This document shows positions 44,879 through 54,806 of a stretch of DNA of 64,000 nucleotides, piece by piece. The stretch's first letter is position 1. Each line of letters begins with the position of its first letter. The notes under the pieces are model-generated. The model did not search any database, was not told where the DNA came from, and saw only the letters and a list, made by a program, of their open reading frames with translations. The position numbers were made by a program, and so were the translations under genes. The DNA lies in NCBI GenBank assembly GCA_037143195.1, contig JBAWZD010000001.1, forward strand, positions 80,892 through 144,891. The letters are read 5' to 3'. Source of the stretch: a bacterium (GTDB taxonomy: Bacteria; Patescibacteriota; Minisyncoccia; Phycocordibacterales; UBA9973).

Positions 44879-45346
44879 TCAGTCTTTATTAAACTCATTC
44901 TGTAGTGTTTGGATATCGAACTTTTTCATTTTGAGAAAGGCTTGGGTGACACGGCCAATTTTTTCTTTGTTTCCGCTTGCCATCATCGTGCTCGTTGCGG
45001 ACGGGACGATCTGCCACGAGAGTCCATATTTGTCTTTGCACCAACCACACTGACCTTCTTGGCCGCCGTTACTTGTGAGTGCGTTCCAGTAATAATCAAT
45101 CTCGGCCTGATCCTCACAGGTGATGACAAAAGATATTGCTTCGTTAAATTTGAACATCGGACCTGCTGTCATGAGACTGAATTCTTGTCCAAAGATTTCG
45201 ATAGTCGCCATTTCAACTTCACCCGATGGAGTGTCTGAAAGATTTCCGCCGCCGCGGACTTTTGCCTCAGGGAAAACAGAGACATAGAAATTGATAATTT
45301 CTTTGAGATTTTTATCAAACCAGAGGAACGGTGTTATTTTTTTCAT
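44879..45346 (-). CDS. VOC family protein (PhnB/3-demethylubiquinone-9 3-methyltransferase-like)
   Basis: KITPFLWF, FNEAISF and CGWCKDKYGLSWQIVP. Confidence 0.88.
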   Translation of the reverse strand: MKKITPFLWFDKNLKEIINFYVSVFPEAKVRGGGNLSDTPSGEVEMATIEIFGQEFSLMTAGPMFKFNEAISFVITCEDQAEIDYYWNALTSNGGQEGQCGWCKDKYGLSWQIVPSATSTMMASGNKEKIGRVTQAFLKMKKFDIQTLQNEFNKD

Positions 45347-45412
45347 AGATTGAATTGTACCAGATGCGGCGTCGTTATTTTGTCACGAGCTAGTGGGGAT
45401 TATTAGAATTAA

Positions 45413-45449
45413 AAAAGTTCAACCACACCTAAGGCGTGATTGAACTTTT
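45413..45449 (-). terminator. Intrinsic terminator
   Basis: AAAAGTTCAACCACACC-TAA-GGCGTGATTGAACTTTT; G-U pairs form on the minus strand. Confidence 0.65.
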
Positions 45450-45455
45450 CTTCGA

Positions 45456-45704
45456 TTATTTCATGAGTATTTTTTCAGACTCTAAAAAACCATGGAACAC
45501 GCCACGATAATATTGAGCCTTTTGTTTGATTAAGGCTTCATGGATTGAGCCCGGTTCATGCTCATAGAGATATGAGCATGAGTCGTTGTAAATTACTGCG
45601 CTATCTTCGTATGAATCAGATAGATCGTGTAATTTTTTGAAGTTGTGGTTCCTGCAGCTCATTCCGAGAACTGCGAATAAAAAAATGACTAATGTTGTTT
45701 TCAA
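45456..45704 (-). CDS. Hypothetical small lipoprotein (AT-rich orphan)
   Basis: MKTTLVIFLFAVLGMSC lipobox; TTGACA-N17-TATAAA upstream on the minus strand. Confidence 0.6.
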   Translation of the reverse strand: MKTTLVIFLFAVLGMSCRNHNFKKLHDLSDSYEDSAVIYNDSCSYLYEHEPGSIHEALIKQKAQYYRGVFHGFLESEKILMK

Positions 45705-45802
45705 CGTCTGAAATTTTAAAGGTGAACAATGTATTTATTTATAGTATAGATTTATCGTTCTGTCAATTATTTTAACTGACAATTATCGTAGAAGTGGTTG
45801 AG

Positions 45803-48010
45803 TTACTTCTTTTCGATTTTGTGTGGGTTGTGATTTGGGCAGGATTTGTTGGAACAACGCTCAGGAATCGTTTTGGTACCTTCCATCATGAGCGCGCCAC
45901 ATTCAGAACAGATGCGTCCGGTAGGTTTTGCTTTGATTGCGTTTTTACAGTCAGGGTAGTTTGAACAGGAATAGAAAATACCGAATCGCCCACGACGTTC
46001 CATCATTTCGCCTTTTTGACACATCGGACAGGTGACGCCCGTCATTTTCTTTTTCTTTTCTTCCTCGTCTTCTTTGATGAATTTACATTTTGGATAGCGG
46101 GAGCAGGAGATGAACATTCCGAATTTGCCTTCACGGACGACGAGTTTGCCACCGCCATTCTTGCCGGTCTTTTCTCCACATACCGGACAGAGTTCGCCGG
46201 TCTCTTTTGGTCCCTGCATTTCAGATCCGTCGAGCTTGCGTGCTCCGGCACAATCAGGATATTTAGAACACGAAAAGAATTTGCCGTTGCGGGACAATTT
46301 ATAGATCATCGACGCGCCACATTTTGGACACACGATATCGTCAGGTGCGGGACCGAGGTCTGTCGCTTTGGCGAGTTTGTCTTTGGCTTTTACTTCCTTC
46401 AAGAATGGCGTGTAAAAATCTTTGAGTGTCTTTGCATATTCGCGGTCACCGTTTGAGATATCGTCGAGTTTGTCTTCCATTTCGGCAGTGAAGGTATCAG
46501 AAATATATTCTCCGAAGTTTGCTTCGAGGAAACTCGACACGACGTCACCGGTGTCGGTCGGGTAGAGCGTGCGTCCTTGCTTGGTGACGTAGCCACGTTC
46601 TTCGAGCGTACTCATGATAGACGCGTAAGTACTCGGGCGACCAATACCGCGTTCTTCGAGCGCTTTGACGAGTGCTGCTTCTGAATAACGGTTTGGTGGT
46701 TCTGTTGCTTTTTCGGTACTTGCGAGGTCGATGAGTTTGAGCGTCTCGCCAGCGACAACTTTTGGAAGCTCAACGTCTTCACCGCGTGCGTCGCTATCAA
46801 CGAGCAACCAGCCGGGGAACAAGACGCGCGAACCGTTTGCCGTGAAGTCTGGAATATCTTTTGCGTTTTCAACATTCGCAACGATTTTGGTTTTAAGCAG
46901 TTTTGCATCAGTCATCTGACTTGAAACTGCGCGTTCCCAAATGAGTTTGTAGAGATCTTTTTGTTCGTCGTTCATTCCTGCGGACAATTTGTCGATGTGG
47001 GTAGGACGAATACCTTCGTGGGCTTCCTGCGCATTCTTGGATTTTGTTTTGTAGGTGTGTGCTTCGGCGTATTCTTTGCCGTATTTTTTCTCGACGAGGG
47101 CGAGGATTTGTGACTGCGCGACCGCGGAGAGATTTGTACTGTCAGTACGCATGTAGGTAATGTGTCCCGCTTCGTACAACTTTTGTGCGACTTGCATTGT
47201 GCGCTTCGGCGAAAAACCGAGACGCGTACTTGCTGTCTGTTGAATACTTGATGTGGTGAATGGTGCGCGAGGAGAACGCTTTTGTTCTGATTCTTTGACT
47301 TCACTCACGAGCCACGGATTTTTCTTTCCGATCGTGAGGATGTGATCAACGATTTTTTCGTCGCGAGGTTCTTCAACACAGGAGAGTTTGATTTGTTGTT
47401 TTGCTTTGGTCTCAAACAATCCTTCGAGCGTCCAATATTTTTCTGGAATGAATGCGCGAATTTCACGTTCGCGTTCCATGAGAATACGAAGTGCAGGGGA
47501 TTGCACGCGTCCTGCGGAGAGCCCGTAGCGGACTTTTTTCCAAATGATTCCAGAGAGGTCATATCCGACGAGGCGGTCGAGCACGCGCCGCGCCTCCTGT
47601 GCTTGCACGAGCTTCTCATCAATATCGCGCGGCGCGCGAAGTGCCTCCTCCACCGCTTCTTTGGTGATTTCGTGAAAGGCCGCACGTTTGATCGGAGCTT
47701 TCACCTTTTTGTCTGCAGTGAGCAATTCTTTCAAATGCCACGAGATAGCTTCTCCTTCGCGGTCCGGGTCAGTCGCGAGCACGATCTCTTTTGCACTTCG
47801 AGCGAGGTCGGTGAGTTCGTGGACGACCTTTTCCTTGCCTTTTGAGATTTCGTAATGAGGCACGAATCCTGCAGGAATATCAATGGCTTTCTTGTTTGAT
47901 TTTGGAAGATCACGCACGTGACCAACAGAGGCACGCACGGTATATGCGCCATCAAGATACTTCTCGATTGTTTTGGCTTTTGATGGTGATTCAACGATGA
48001 GTAATTTCAT
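45803..48010 (-). CDS. topA: DNA topoisomerase I with C-terminal zinc ribbons
   Basis: LIVESPSKAK, ATDPDREGE, SAGRVQS, ITYMRTDS, GIGRPSTY and C4 ribbons. Confidence 0.97.
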   Translation of the reverse strand: MKLLIVESPSKAKTIEKYLDGAYTVRASVGHVRDLPKSNKKAIDIPAGFVPHYEISKGKEKVVHELTDLARSAKEIVLATDPDREGEAISWHLKELLTADKKVKAPIKRAAFHEITKEAVEEALRAPRDIDEKLVQAQEARRVLDRLVGYDLSGIIWKKVRYGLSAGRVQSPALRILMEREREIRAFIPEKYWTLEGLFETKAKQQIKLSCVEEPRDEKIVDHILTIGKKNPWLVSEVKESEQKRSPRAPFTTSSIQQTASTRLGFSPKRTMQVAQKLYEAGHITYMRTDSTNLSAVAQSQILALVEKKYGKEYAEAHTYKTKSKNAQEAHEGIRPTHIDKLSAGMNDEQKDLYKLIWERAVSSQMTDAKLLKTKIVANVENAKDIPDFTANGSRVLFPGWLLVDSDARGEDVELPKVVAGETLKLIDLASTEKATEPPNRYSEAALVKALEERGIGRPSTYASIMSTLEERGYVTKQGRTLYPTDTGDVVSSFLEANFGEYISDTFTAEMEDKLDDISNGDREYAKTLKDFYTPFLKEVKAKDKLAKATDLGPAPDDIVCPKCGASMIYKLSRNGKFFSCSKYPDCAGARKLDGSEMQGPKETGELCPVCGEKTGKNGGGKLVVREGKFGMFISCSRYPKCKFIKEDEEEKKKKMTGVTCPMCQKGEMMERRGRFGIFYSCSNYPDCKNAIKAKPTGRICSECGALMMEGTKTIPERCSNKSCPNHNPHKIEKK

Positions 48011-48059
48011 GGGTGAGACTTAAGTAGTAGCATTCTAAAAATTTTTTGGCAAATGAGAA

Positions 48060-48092
48060 CGAGGGAACAGACATATAAAATCTGTTCCCTCG
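48060..48092 (-). terminator. Hairpin between the small ORF and topA
   Basis: CGAGGGAACAGA-N9-TCTGTTCCCTCG; no clear U-tract. Confidence 0.45.
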
Positions 48093-48098
48093 CTTGCT

Positions 48099-48248
48099 TC
48101 AGTTCTGCTTGGTTGCGTTGCGTTTTATTATCATTTTTATTTCCTTTTGCAAGAAATAATTGCGTCTGACCTCGACAGGAATTGTCGCTGCAGACAGTGC
48201 AACCAGTGCTAGAAAAATCCATTTGATAATTAAGAATGCTGTTTCCAT
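48099..48248 (-). CDS. Small single-TM protein (49 aa), absent from the ORF track
   Basis: Hand translation METAFLIIKWIFLALVALSAATIPVEVRRNYFLQKEIKMIIKRNATKQN*, followed by a hairpin. Confidence 0.45.
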   Translation of the reverse strand: METAFLIIKWIFLALVALSAATIPVEVRRNYFLQKEIKMIIKRNATKQN

Positions 48249-48282
48249 AAATAATATTTGTTAGTACGATACCACACTTTAA

Positions 48283-49152
48283 TTAAGAAACGCGACGTAC
48301 TTCGCCGAGCTCTTCTTTCACGATGCCTTTGATTTCGAGCGAGGAGATGAGGATGTTGATCTCGTGTGTTGGTTTTTGAAGGGTAGCTACAATTGTGTCG
48401 CGCGACATTGGTTCGACGAGGAGATCATAGACCGCGCGTTCATCGTTCGTTAGTGCGCTAATTTCAGATTCGCGCTCCGTCGCTTCATCTGTCCCAACCA
48501 AACCAAAAAATTCCAAAATATCTTCGCTCCGTGTAATCGGCGTTGAACCTTGTTTGATGAGTAGATTTGTTCCAAGTGAATTGCTACTTGTGATTGGCCC
48601 CGGTACGGCAAAAACTTCACGATTGTAATCGAGTGCGAGGCTTGCGGTGATGAGCGTGCCAGACTTGTCGGCTGCTTCTACGATGAGTACTGCTTGTGCA
48701 ATACCAGCGATGAGACGATTGCGTCGCGGAAAACTCCATTCAGTCGCGCGAAAATCATTCGCATATTCGGACACGAGCGTGCCACCACTTGCGAGGATTT
48801 CTTTTGCGAGTGAAAGATTGGTCGCAGGATACAAAACAGACTCTCCAAGACCGGAGCCCGGAAATGCTATCGTTCGGAGTCCGGCTTTGAGCGCCGAACG
48901 ATGCGCGACGGAATCAATCCCGAGCGCGAGACCCGATACTATAGTTATGTCCGAACCGCGCAGTCCAAGAATGAGCTTCTCACAGGCATCGGCACCGTAC
49001 CGTGTGTTGGTACGCGACCCAACAACGGCTAAATATCGCCCAAGTGGGTCGATTGGTGCACCTACTCGCTTGAGCGACGTAGGCGGGTCGGGGATCTCTA
49101 ATAATTGTGGCGGGTACTCACTGGGCCCAAGTGGCGAAATGATGAAATCCAT
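48283..49152 (-). CDS. dprA: DNA-processing protein DprA
   Basis: AVVGSR, IVSGLALGID, FPRRNRLIAG, SGTLITA and VFAVPG. Confidence 0.95.
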   Translation of the reverse strand: MDFIISPLGPSEYPPQLLEIPDPPTSLKRVGAPIDPLGRYLAVVGSRTNTRYGADACEKLILGLRGSDITIVSGLALGIDSVAHRSALKAGLRTIAFPGSGLGESVLYPATNLSLAKEILASGGTLVSEYANDFRATEWSFPRRNRLIAGIAQAVLIVEAADKSGTLITASLALDYNREVFAVPGPITSSNSLGTNLLIKQGSTPITRSEDILEFFGLVGTDEATERESEISALTNDERAVYDLLVEPMSRDTIVATLQKPTHEINILISSLEIKGIVKEELGEVRRVS

Positions 49153-49217
49153 ATTGTAAAAGAACTACTTACACCGATAATTTTCTTATTATATCATTTG
49201 TGCTAGGATTTACGTAT

Positions 49218-50477
49218 ATGTTAGATATCAAATTTATCCGCGAAAATAGCGAGCTCGTGAAAGGTGCAATTCAAAAGAAATTCGTCAAACTCAATCTTGA
49301 TGACCTTCTTTCTCTCGATGACCGTCGTCGAGAAATAATGCAACTCACCGAGAACCTCCGTGCCGAGCAAAAGCGTATTTCTGACGGTATGGTATCTGCC
49401 GATCCTGCTCGTCGCGAACAACTTCTCGCCGAACTTCGTCCGCTCAAGGCGCATGTTGAAGAAAAAGAAGAAGAGCTCAAGAAAATCATGCTCGAATGGC
49501 GTGAGCTCATGCTCCAAGTGCCAAACGTTCCAGACATGACCGTGCCAGACGGAGAGAGTGATGCACAAAATCAGGAAGTCCATGCGTGGGGAGACAAACC
49601 AGAATTCAATTTTGTTCCAAAAGATCATATTGAAATCATGAACGCACTCAAGATGGTAGATTTTGAGCGTGGTACCAAGGTGCACGGATTCCGTGGATAT
49701 TTCCTCACGGGAGATGGGGTACGATTGTGTTTTGCAATTTGGAATTATGCGCTCGACTTCTTTGGCAAGCGTGGATTCACTCCGATCATCCCTCCAATGA
49801 TTGTGCGCAAACAAAACCTCTACGGTACCGGACATTTGCCAGGTGATGTTGAAGACTATTATATGACGCAGGACGGTGACGCACTCGTCGGTACATCTGA
49901 AGTGCCAATCATGGGCATGCATGCTGACGAAGTACTTGATCATTCACAATTTCCAATCAAGTATCTCGGATTTTCACCATGTTACAGACGTGAAGCGGGA
50001 AGCTATTCCAAAGATGTGAAGGGATTGATTCGTGTGCACGAGTTCTACAAATTTGAACAAGTCATTTTGTGTGAGGCATCACATCAGACATCGGTCACAC
50101 TCCACGAACAGCTTCGTCGCAACACAGAAGAATTCATCGAGTCGCTCGGTATTCCGTATCGCACGGTTGTGAACTGTGGTGGAGACCTCGGACTTGGTCA
50201 GGTCAAGAAATATGACATTGAGCTCTGGGTGCCAAAAGAAAATACGTATCGCGAAATCGCATCTGCTTCATACTTCCATGATTTCCAGACACGCCGATTT
50301 AATATTCGCTACAAAGATGCTGAAGGCAAAATGCAGTACGTGCACTCACTCAACAACACCGCAATCCCAACGCCACGTATTCTCGTTTCGATGATTGAAA
50401 ATTGTCAGGAAGCAGACGGACGCATTCGTGTGCCTGAAGTACTCAGATCATATCTCGGCAAAGAATACATTGGCTAA
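49218..50477 (+). CDS. serS: Serine--tRNA ligase
   Basis: MLDIKFIREN, GTSEVP, CYRREAGS and GLIRVHEF. Confidence 0.96.
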   Translation: MLDIKFIRENSELVKGAIQKKFVKLNLDDLLSLDDRRREIMQLTENLRAEQKRISDGMVSADPARREQLLAELRPLKAHVEEKEEELKKIMLEWRELMLQVPNVPDMTVPDGESDAQNQEVHAWGDKPEFNFVPKDHIEIMNALKMVDFERGTKVHGFRGYFLTGDGVRLCFAIWNYALDFFGKRGFTPIIPPMIVRKQNLYGTGHLPGDVEDYYMTQDGDALVGTSEVPIMGMHADEVLDHSQFPIKYLGFSPCYRREAGSYSKDVKGLIRVHEFYKFEQVILCEASHQTSVTLHEQLRRNTEEFIESLGIPYRTVVNCGGDLGLGQVKKYDIELWVPKENTYREIASASYFHDFQTRRFNIRYKDAEGKMQYVHSLNNTAIPTPRILVSMIENCQEADGRIRVPEVLRSYLGKEYIG

Positions 50478-50498
50478 TCGTGTGCTCTCTCAAAAATT

Positions 50499-51416
50499 AT
50501 GAAGCGCGAAGTATCTCCACTCAAAAAACATATTGAGGAGTCGCCGAAACTTCGCGCGCTCCGTGAACGTAGGATTCGACGTCGTCGTCGCGTCATTACT
50601 GCACTCTGTGTTTTGTTTTTTGTACTGCTCGGCACGACAGTATATGTTTCGCGCTTGCCTCGTATCCAATTGAATACGGTCGAGGTGGTGGGGAACAAAG
50701 TCGTCGATACCGATGATGTCGTGTCGCATGTTGAGAAATATCTTTCAGGGTATTACGTATATCTCATTCCGCATCGCGACGCATTGATATATCCAAAACA
50801 AAAGATTGTGGCAGATTTGGTAAAATCATTTCCACGATTTGATTCAGTGGCGGTATATCGCACGAGTTGGCATACGCTTCAGGTGACGGTGTCGGAAGTG
50901 CGCGGTCGCGCCCTTTGGTGCGGTGAGACTGATACCGACCTCGGTGCGGGCGCGACCGCGCAGTCATGCTACTTCACCGACGAGACCGGCCGTATTGTGA
51001 GTGATGCGCCATACTATTCCGGCAATGTGTATCCGCGATTTTTCGGTGGCACAGTACCGGCGAGCTCCGCTCGCCTCGACAACGAGAACCCCATCGGCAC
51101 CACATTCACCGACCCTGATACATTCAAAAAACTCGTAGCCCTTCAAGAATCGATCGCCAATTTTGGATTTCAAATCAAGAGTGTCGATATTGGAGCAGAT
51201 ACCGAAGATACAATCATGATCGATCTTGGTTCTGGCAAGATAGCACCCGTACGATTCCTGAAGGCTGACAATTTTGAAACGCTCGAAGGCAATCTCTCCG
51301 CCGCACTTTCGAATCCAACGCTTGCAAACGCACTCAAGACTGACAAGCAGAATCTCGAATACTTTGATTTGCGATTTACGAATAAAGTGTATTACAAATT
51401 TTCCGATCAAGAATAA
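50499..51416 (+). CDS. FtsQ/DivIB-like cell division protein
   Basis: Basic N-terminus, TM helix, POTRA-like VEVVGN and C-terminal EYFDLRFTNKVYYK. Confidence 0.75.
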   Translation: MKREVSPLKKHIEESPKLRALRERRIRRRRRVITALCVLFFVLLGTTVYVSRLPRIQLNTVEVVGNKVVDTDDVVSHVEKYLSGYYVYLIPHRDALIYPKQKIVADLVKSFPRFDSVAVYRTSWHTLQVTVSEVRGRALWCGETDTDLGAGATAQSCYFTDETGRIVSDAPYYSGNVYPRFFGGTVPASSARLDNENPIGTTFTDPDTFKKLVALQESIANFGFQIKSVDIGADTEDTIMIDLGSGKIAPVRFLKADNFETLEGNLSAALSNPTLANALKTDKQNLEYFDLRFTNKVYYKFSDQE

Positions 51417-52039
51417 TGCATATGAAATGTCTTGATCGAAGAGGGTATACATACACCGTGTACGATATCGGGGGAGACCGAGTGCTCAAGAAAATGAAGC
51501 CAGCAGTTTTGCAGCGACTGCTCCATCTTTCGTCGGGAAACTCCAAAAAATATATTGAGCAACACCGAACACGAGCGCGACTCCTTGCAGAAACTTGTCG
51601 AGACAAAGCGCTCATCGGAAATCCTCAGTATGAAATTGACGGTTCATATACTCAGGATCGATGTGAGGTGATTGATACCTATTTTTTATCGCACACGCTC
51701 GAAGAAAATAAAAAATGCGTCGATATGTTTATCGAATGTATTTTTGAAACATGGAAAAATGGTTTTTCCGATATCATTTTTAATTTTACGCGTAACAATG
51801 GACTGTCACACGCAGGGAAAGTAGTTCTGTTTGATTTTAATGAAATTACCTTTGTAAAAAATGAGGTCCTCGCGTTGATCGAGACTGAGCGCTGGCTCCA
51901 TTGTTACTCATTTACAAAAGACTTGCATGCGGGTGCCCTAAAAGATTATTATGCCCAAGCAATGGCTACGGCCATGACGCGGGAGAATCTTGATCGATAT
52001 TGGAAAGACAATGAACAACTTTTGGCAAAAACTCAATAA
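51416..52039 (+). CDS. Hypothetical protein, possible protein-kinase-like fold
   Basis: GYTYTVY, RVLKK, D..FNF..N and VVLFDFNE in kinase-like order. Confidence 0.55.
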   Translation: MHMKCLDRRGYTYTVYDIGGDRVLKKMKPAVLQRLLHLSSGNSKKYIEQHRTRARLLAETCRDKALIGNPQYEIDGSYTQDRCEVIDTYFLSHTLEENKKCVDMFIECIFETWKNGFSDIIFNFTRNNGLSHAGKVVLFDFNEITFVKNEVLALIETERWLHCYSFTKDLHAGALKDYYAQAMATAMTRENLDRYWKDNEQLLAKTQ

Positions 52040-52988
52040 ACCGTTTTTCGTTCTTGCGCCGATGGCAGATGTCACCGACGCTTCTTTTCGACAGATCATT
52101 GCCAAGTATTCTCGTCATGGGGAGGTGGGTGGAGGACCGGATGTTTTTTGGACTGAATTCGTCGCCGCAGACGGGCTCATGAGTCCGGGACGCGAGGTCT
52201 TGCGTCATGATTTGAAATTCGGGGAGAACGAGCACCCTATCGTCGCTCAACTCTTTGGTTCGCACCCTGAGAAAATGGAAGGTGCGGCCCGACTGTGTCA
52301 GGAACTCGGATTCGACGGGATTGATATCAATATGGGTTGTCCTGACAAGTCGATCGAGAAGCAGGGAGCAGGGGCGTGCATGATGAAGCATCCGGATGTT
52401 GCTCGTGAGATCATTCGAGCCGCGAAACGCGGCGCTCCCAACTTGCCAATCTCTGTCAAGACCCGCATCGGCTACAACAAAAACGAACTCGATACATGGA
52501 TTCCAGAATTGCTTGCAGAAAATATTGCCGCGCTCACCGTGCATTGTCGTACGCGCAAAGAAATGAGCAAGGTGCCTGCGCGATGGGAACATGTCCGAGA
52601 GGCGGTCGCTCTGCGCGACCGCCTCGGAGTCGACACACTCATTCTCGGCAATGGTGATGTCAAAGATATCGCCGACGCGAAACAAAAAGTCGCTGAGACA
52701 GGATGCGATGGCGTCATGCTCGGTCGCGCGATCTTCGGCAATCCGTGGCTCTTCGATCAGCATCGCACCGAAGTGACCAAAGAAGAAAAAATCCGCGTCA
52801 TGGTAGAACACACCAAACTCTACGAGCAAATGCTCGGTGGCATAAAAAGTTTTGCGATCATGAAAAAGCACTACAAAGCCTACGTGAATGGTTTCGACGG
52901 CGCAATGGAACTCCGCGAAAAATTCATGCAGTGCGAAAATGCGAGTGAGGTAGAGGCTGTGGCGAATGCATATCTCGAGGGGAAATAA
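52011..52988 (+). CDS. dus: tRNA-dihydrouridine synthase
   Basis: LAPMADVTD, IDINMGCP, SVKTRIG, GNGD and GVMLGRA. Confidence 0.93.
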   Translation: MNNFWQKLNKPFFVLAPMADVTDASFRQIIAKYSRHGEVGGGPDVFWTEFVAADGLMSPGREVLRHDLKFGENEHPIVAQLFGSHPEKMEGAARLCQELGFDGIDINMGCPDKSIEKQGAGACMMKHPDVAREIIRAAKRGAPNLPISVKTRIGYNKNELDTWIPELLAENIAALTVHCRTRKEMSKVPARWEHVREAVALRDRLGVDTLILGNGDVKDIADAKQKVAETGCDGVMLGRAIFGNPWLFDQHRTEVTKEEKIRVMVEHTKLYEQMLGGIKSFAIMKKHYKAYVNGFDGAMELREKFMQCENASEVEAVANAYLEGK

Positions 52989-53029
52989 AAAAAGGAAAGC
53001 AATTATTGGATGCTTTCCTTTTTTTATTT
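52983..53029. terminator. Bidirectional terminator
   Basis: AAATAAAAAAAGGAAAGCA-N9-TGCTTTCCTTTTTTTATTT. Confidence 0.7.
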
Positions 53030-53031
53030 TT

Positions 53032-53448
53032 TCACGGCTCAATGTAGACCGTAAACATATTCGGCACGTCTTCTTCCCACTGGAGAACAATTGCCGCTGT
53101 TGGCGACACTTCGTTCACTGGGTAGAAAAAAATAATTTCTCCACCTGATTCGACACCGAAGGTGGTTTGATATTTTAGGACGTATTCGCCCTTTTCAGTT
53201 TTGAGCATAAATCGAATGCTCTTTCTAAACGTCACAGCCATAATCATGACGTACAGGCGACTCTCATTGCCTCCTGTTGGTTTTGGAGCAATGATTGTTT
53301 GCCGTAAGTCACGCTGGAGTTTCTGTAGTCCAGTTTGATTGATTGTGATTGGGCACGAGCCAACACTGCCAGCCTCGGTTGCAAACGTAGCGACCTCACC
53401 GAAAAATTGAGGCAAGTACGCAAAATGTTCATCTGTAAAGTAATCCAT
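53032..53448 (-). CDS. Hypothetical protein (orphan)
   Basis: 138-aa ORF with TTGACT-N16-TATATT upstream. Confidence 0.55.
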   Translation of the reverse strand: MDYFTDEHFAYLPQFFGEVATFATEAGSVGSCPITINQTGLQKLQRDLRQTIIAPKPTGGNESRLYVMIMAVTFRKSIRFMLKTEKGEYVLKYQTTFGVESGGEIIFFYPVNEVSPTAAIVLQWEEDVPNMFTVYIEP

Positions 53449-53552
53449 TGTGTATTTTTTTGGTTTGTCAGCAATATACCATTATTTTAAAATAAGTCAA
53501 AAAATACCTGAATTTTCAGACGGTGACTGTTTTCTGATATACTCATGAATAT

Positions 53553-54578
53553 ATGAGTGACCAAGCCCTATATCGCAAATATCGCCCTGAAGTGTTCGCC
53601 GATCTTGTCGGTCAGGAACACATTGTCGCTTCGCTTGAAGGCGCACTTTCGTCGGGCAAAATCGCGCATGCATATCTCTTTTCGGGCGGTCGCGGTACGG
53701 GCAAGACCACGAGTGCTCGCATTCTCGCGAGTGCGCTCGGTACGAGTACAAGTGACACGTATGAGATAGATGCGGCATCCAACAATGGTGTAGATGACAT
53801 TCGCGAATTGCGCGAGAACGTCGGCACGCTTCCGTTTGATTCGCGATTCAAGGTTTACATCATCGACGAGGTGCATATGCTTTCAAAAGCTGCGTTTAAT
53901 GCACTGCTCAAGACGCTCGAAGAACCACCAGCGCATGTCATTTTTATTCTCGCGACGACCGAACTCGAAAAAGTTCCTGACACTATCATCTCGCGTTGTC
54001 AGACATTTGTATTTCGCAAACCATCTGAATCGACACTTCGCACTGTGATCGAAAAGACTGCCAAGAAAGAAAAAGTCACCCTCGGCGCAGGCGTGGCAGA
54101 TTTGATCGCGCTCCTTGCGAATGGTTCGTTCCGCGATGCGCTTGGCACACTCCAAAAAGTTTGCACGAGCGGGGGAGACAAGGTTTCTCTCGAGCAAGCA
54201 GCCCGCATCACCGGCGCACCATCCGGCACGATCGTCCACGATATCATGGACGCAATCGCGCGCGGAGCACTCAGTGAGGCCCTCACGACTGTTGAGCGCG
54301 CGCGTGCATCCAACATCGAACCCAAAATATTGCTCGGTCTCTTGCTCCACACATTCCGCCGAGTGCTCTTGCTCAAAGTCGCTCCATCGCTCGCCAAAGG
54401 TGAGATTGATGGTTTGAGTGATGAAGAAAAAGTTTTTTTGATAAAGCTGTCAAAGTCGGATTCAGTGCACCTCAATTCAAACGCGCTCCTCGCGCTCCTC
54501 GACGCAATGAGCACCCAAAAGTACGCCTACATCGAAGAATTGCCCCTCGAGCTCGCGCTCATGAAGATGCTTGGGTAG
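53553..54578 (+). CDS. dnaX: DNA polymerase III subunit gamma/tau (compact form)
   Basis: LYRKYRP, GGRGTGKT, EIDAASN, IIDEVHML and SRC. Confidence 0.95.
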   Translation: MSDQALYRKYRPEVFADLVGQEHIVASLEGALSSGKIAHAYLFSGGRGTGKTTSARILASALGTSTSDTYEIDAASNNGVDDIRELRENVGTLPFDSRFKVYIIDEVHMLSKAAFNALLKTLEEPPAHVIFILATTELEKVPDTIISRCQTFVFRKPSESTLRTVIEKTAKKEKVTLGAGVADLIALLANGSFRDALGTLQKVCTSGGDKVSLEQAARITGAPSGTIVHDIMDAIARGALSEALTTVERARASNIEPKILLGLLLHTFRRVLLLKVAPSLAKGEIDGLSDEEKVFLIKLSKSDSVHLNSNALLALLDAMSTQKYAYIEELPLELALMKMLG

Positions 54579-54678
54579 GACAGTGTTTCCGAAGGGGAGC
54601 CGACACGGATTCTAGTGAGAATCGCTCGAGAGGTTGTTTTTTGGTCGTAAAAAAGATAAGCTAAAGTGTTTTTACCAT

Positions 54679-54749
54679 TGAGGGATCGTCTAACGGTAGG
54701 ACAGAGGCCTTTGAAGCCTTTAATCGGGGTTCGATTCCCTGTCCCTCAG
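54679..54749 (+). tRNA. tRNA-Gln(TTG), CCA not encoded
   Basis: TGAGGGA/TCCCTCA; GAGGC-CT-TTG-AA-GCCTT; GTTCGATTC. Confidence 0.93.
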
Positions 54750-54806
54750 CAAACAAGAACGCCGTTTGATTACTTAAGAAATAGTTATTAATTAATATTA
54801 CATATT

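Noticed and set aside
48007-48222. 71-aa minus-strand ORF
   Set aside because: Reads through the hairpin; the 49-aa TM frame at 48099-48248 is more protein-like, though also uncertain.
51966-53090. 374-aa minus-strand ORF
   Set aside because: Antisense shadow of dus that crosses a terminator.
54580-54660. Possible SRP RNA or other ncRNA after dnaX
   Set aside because: Only short hairpins (GATTCT-AGTG-AGAATC); no SRP domain IV motif recognised.
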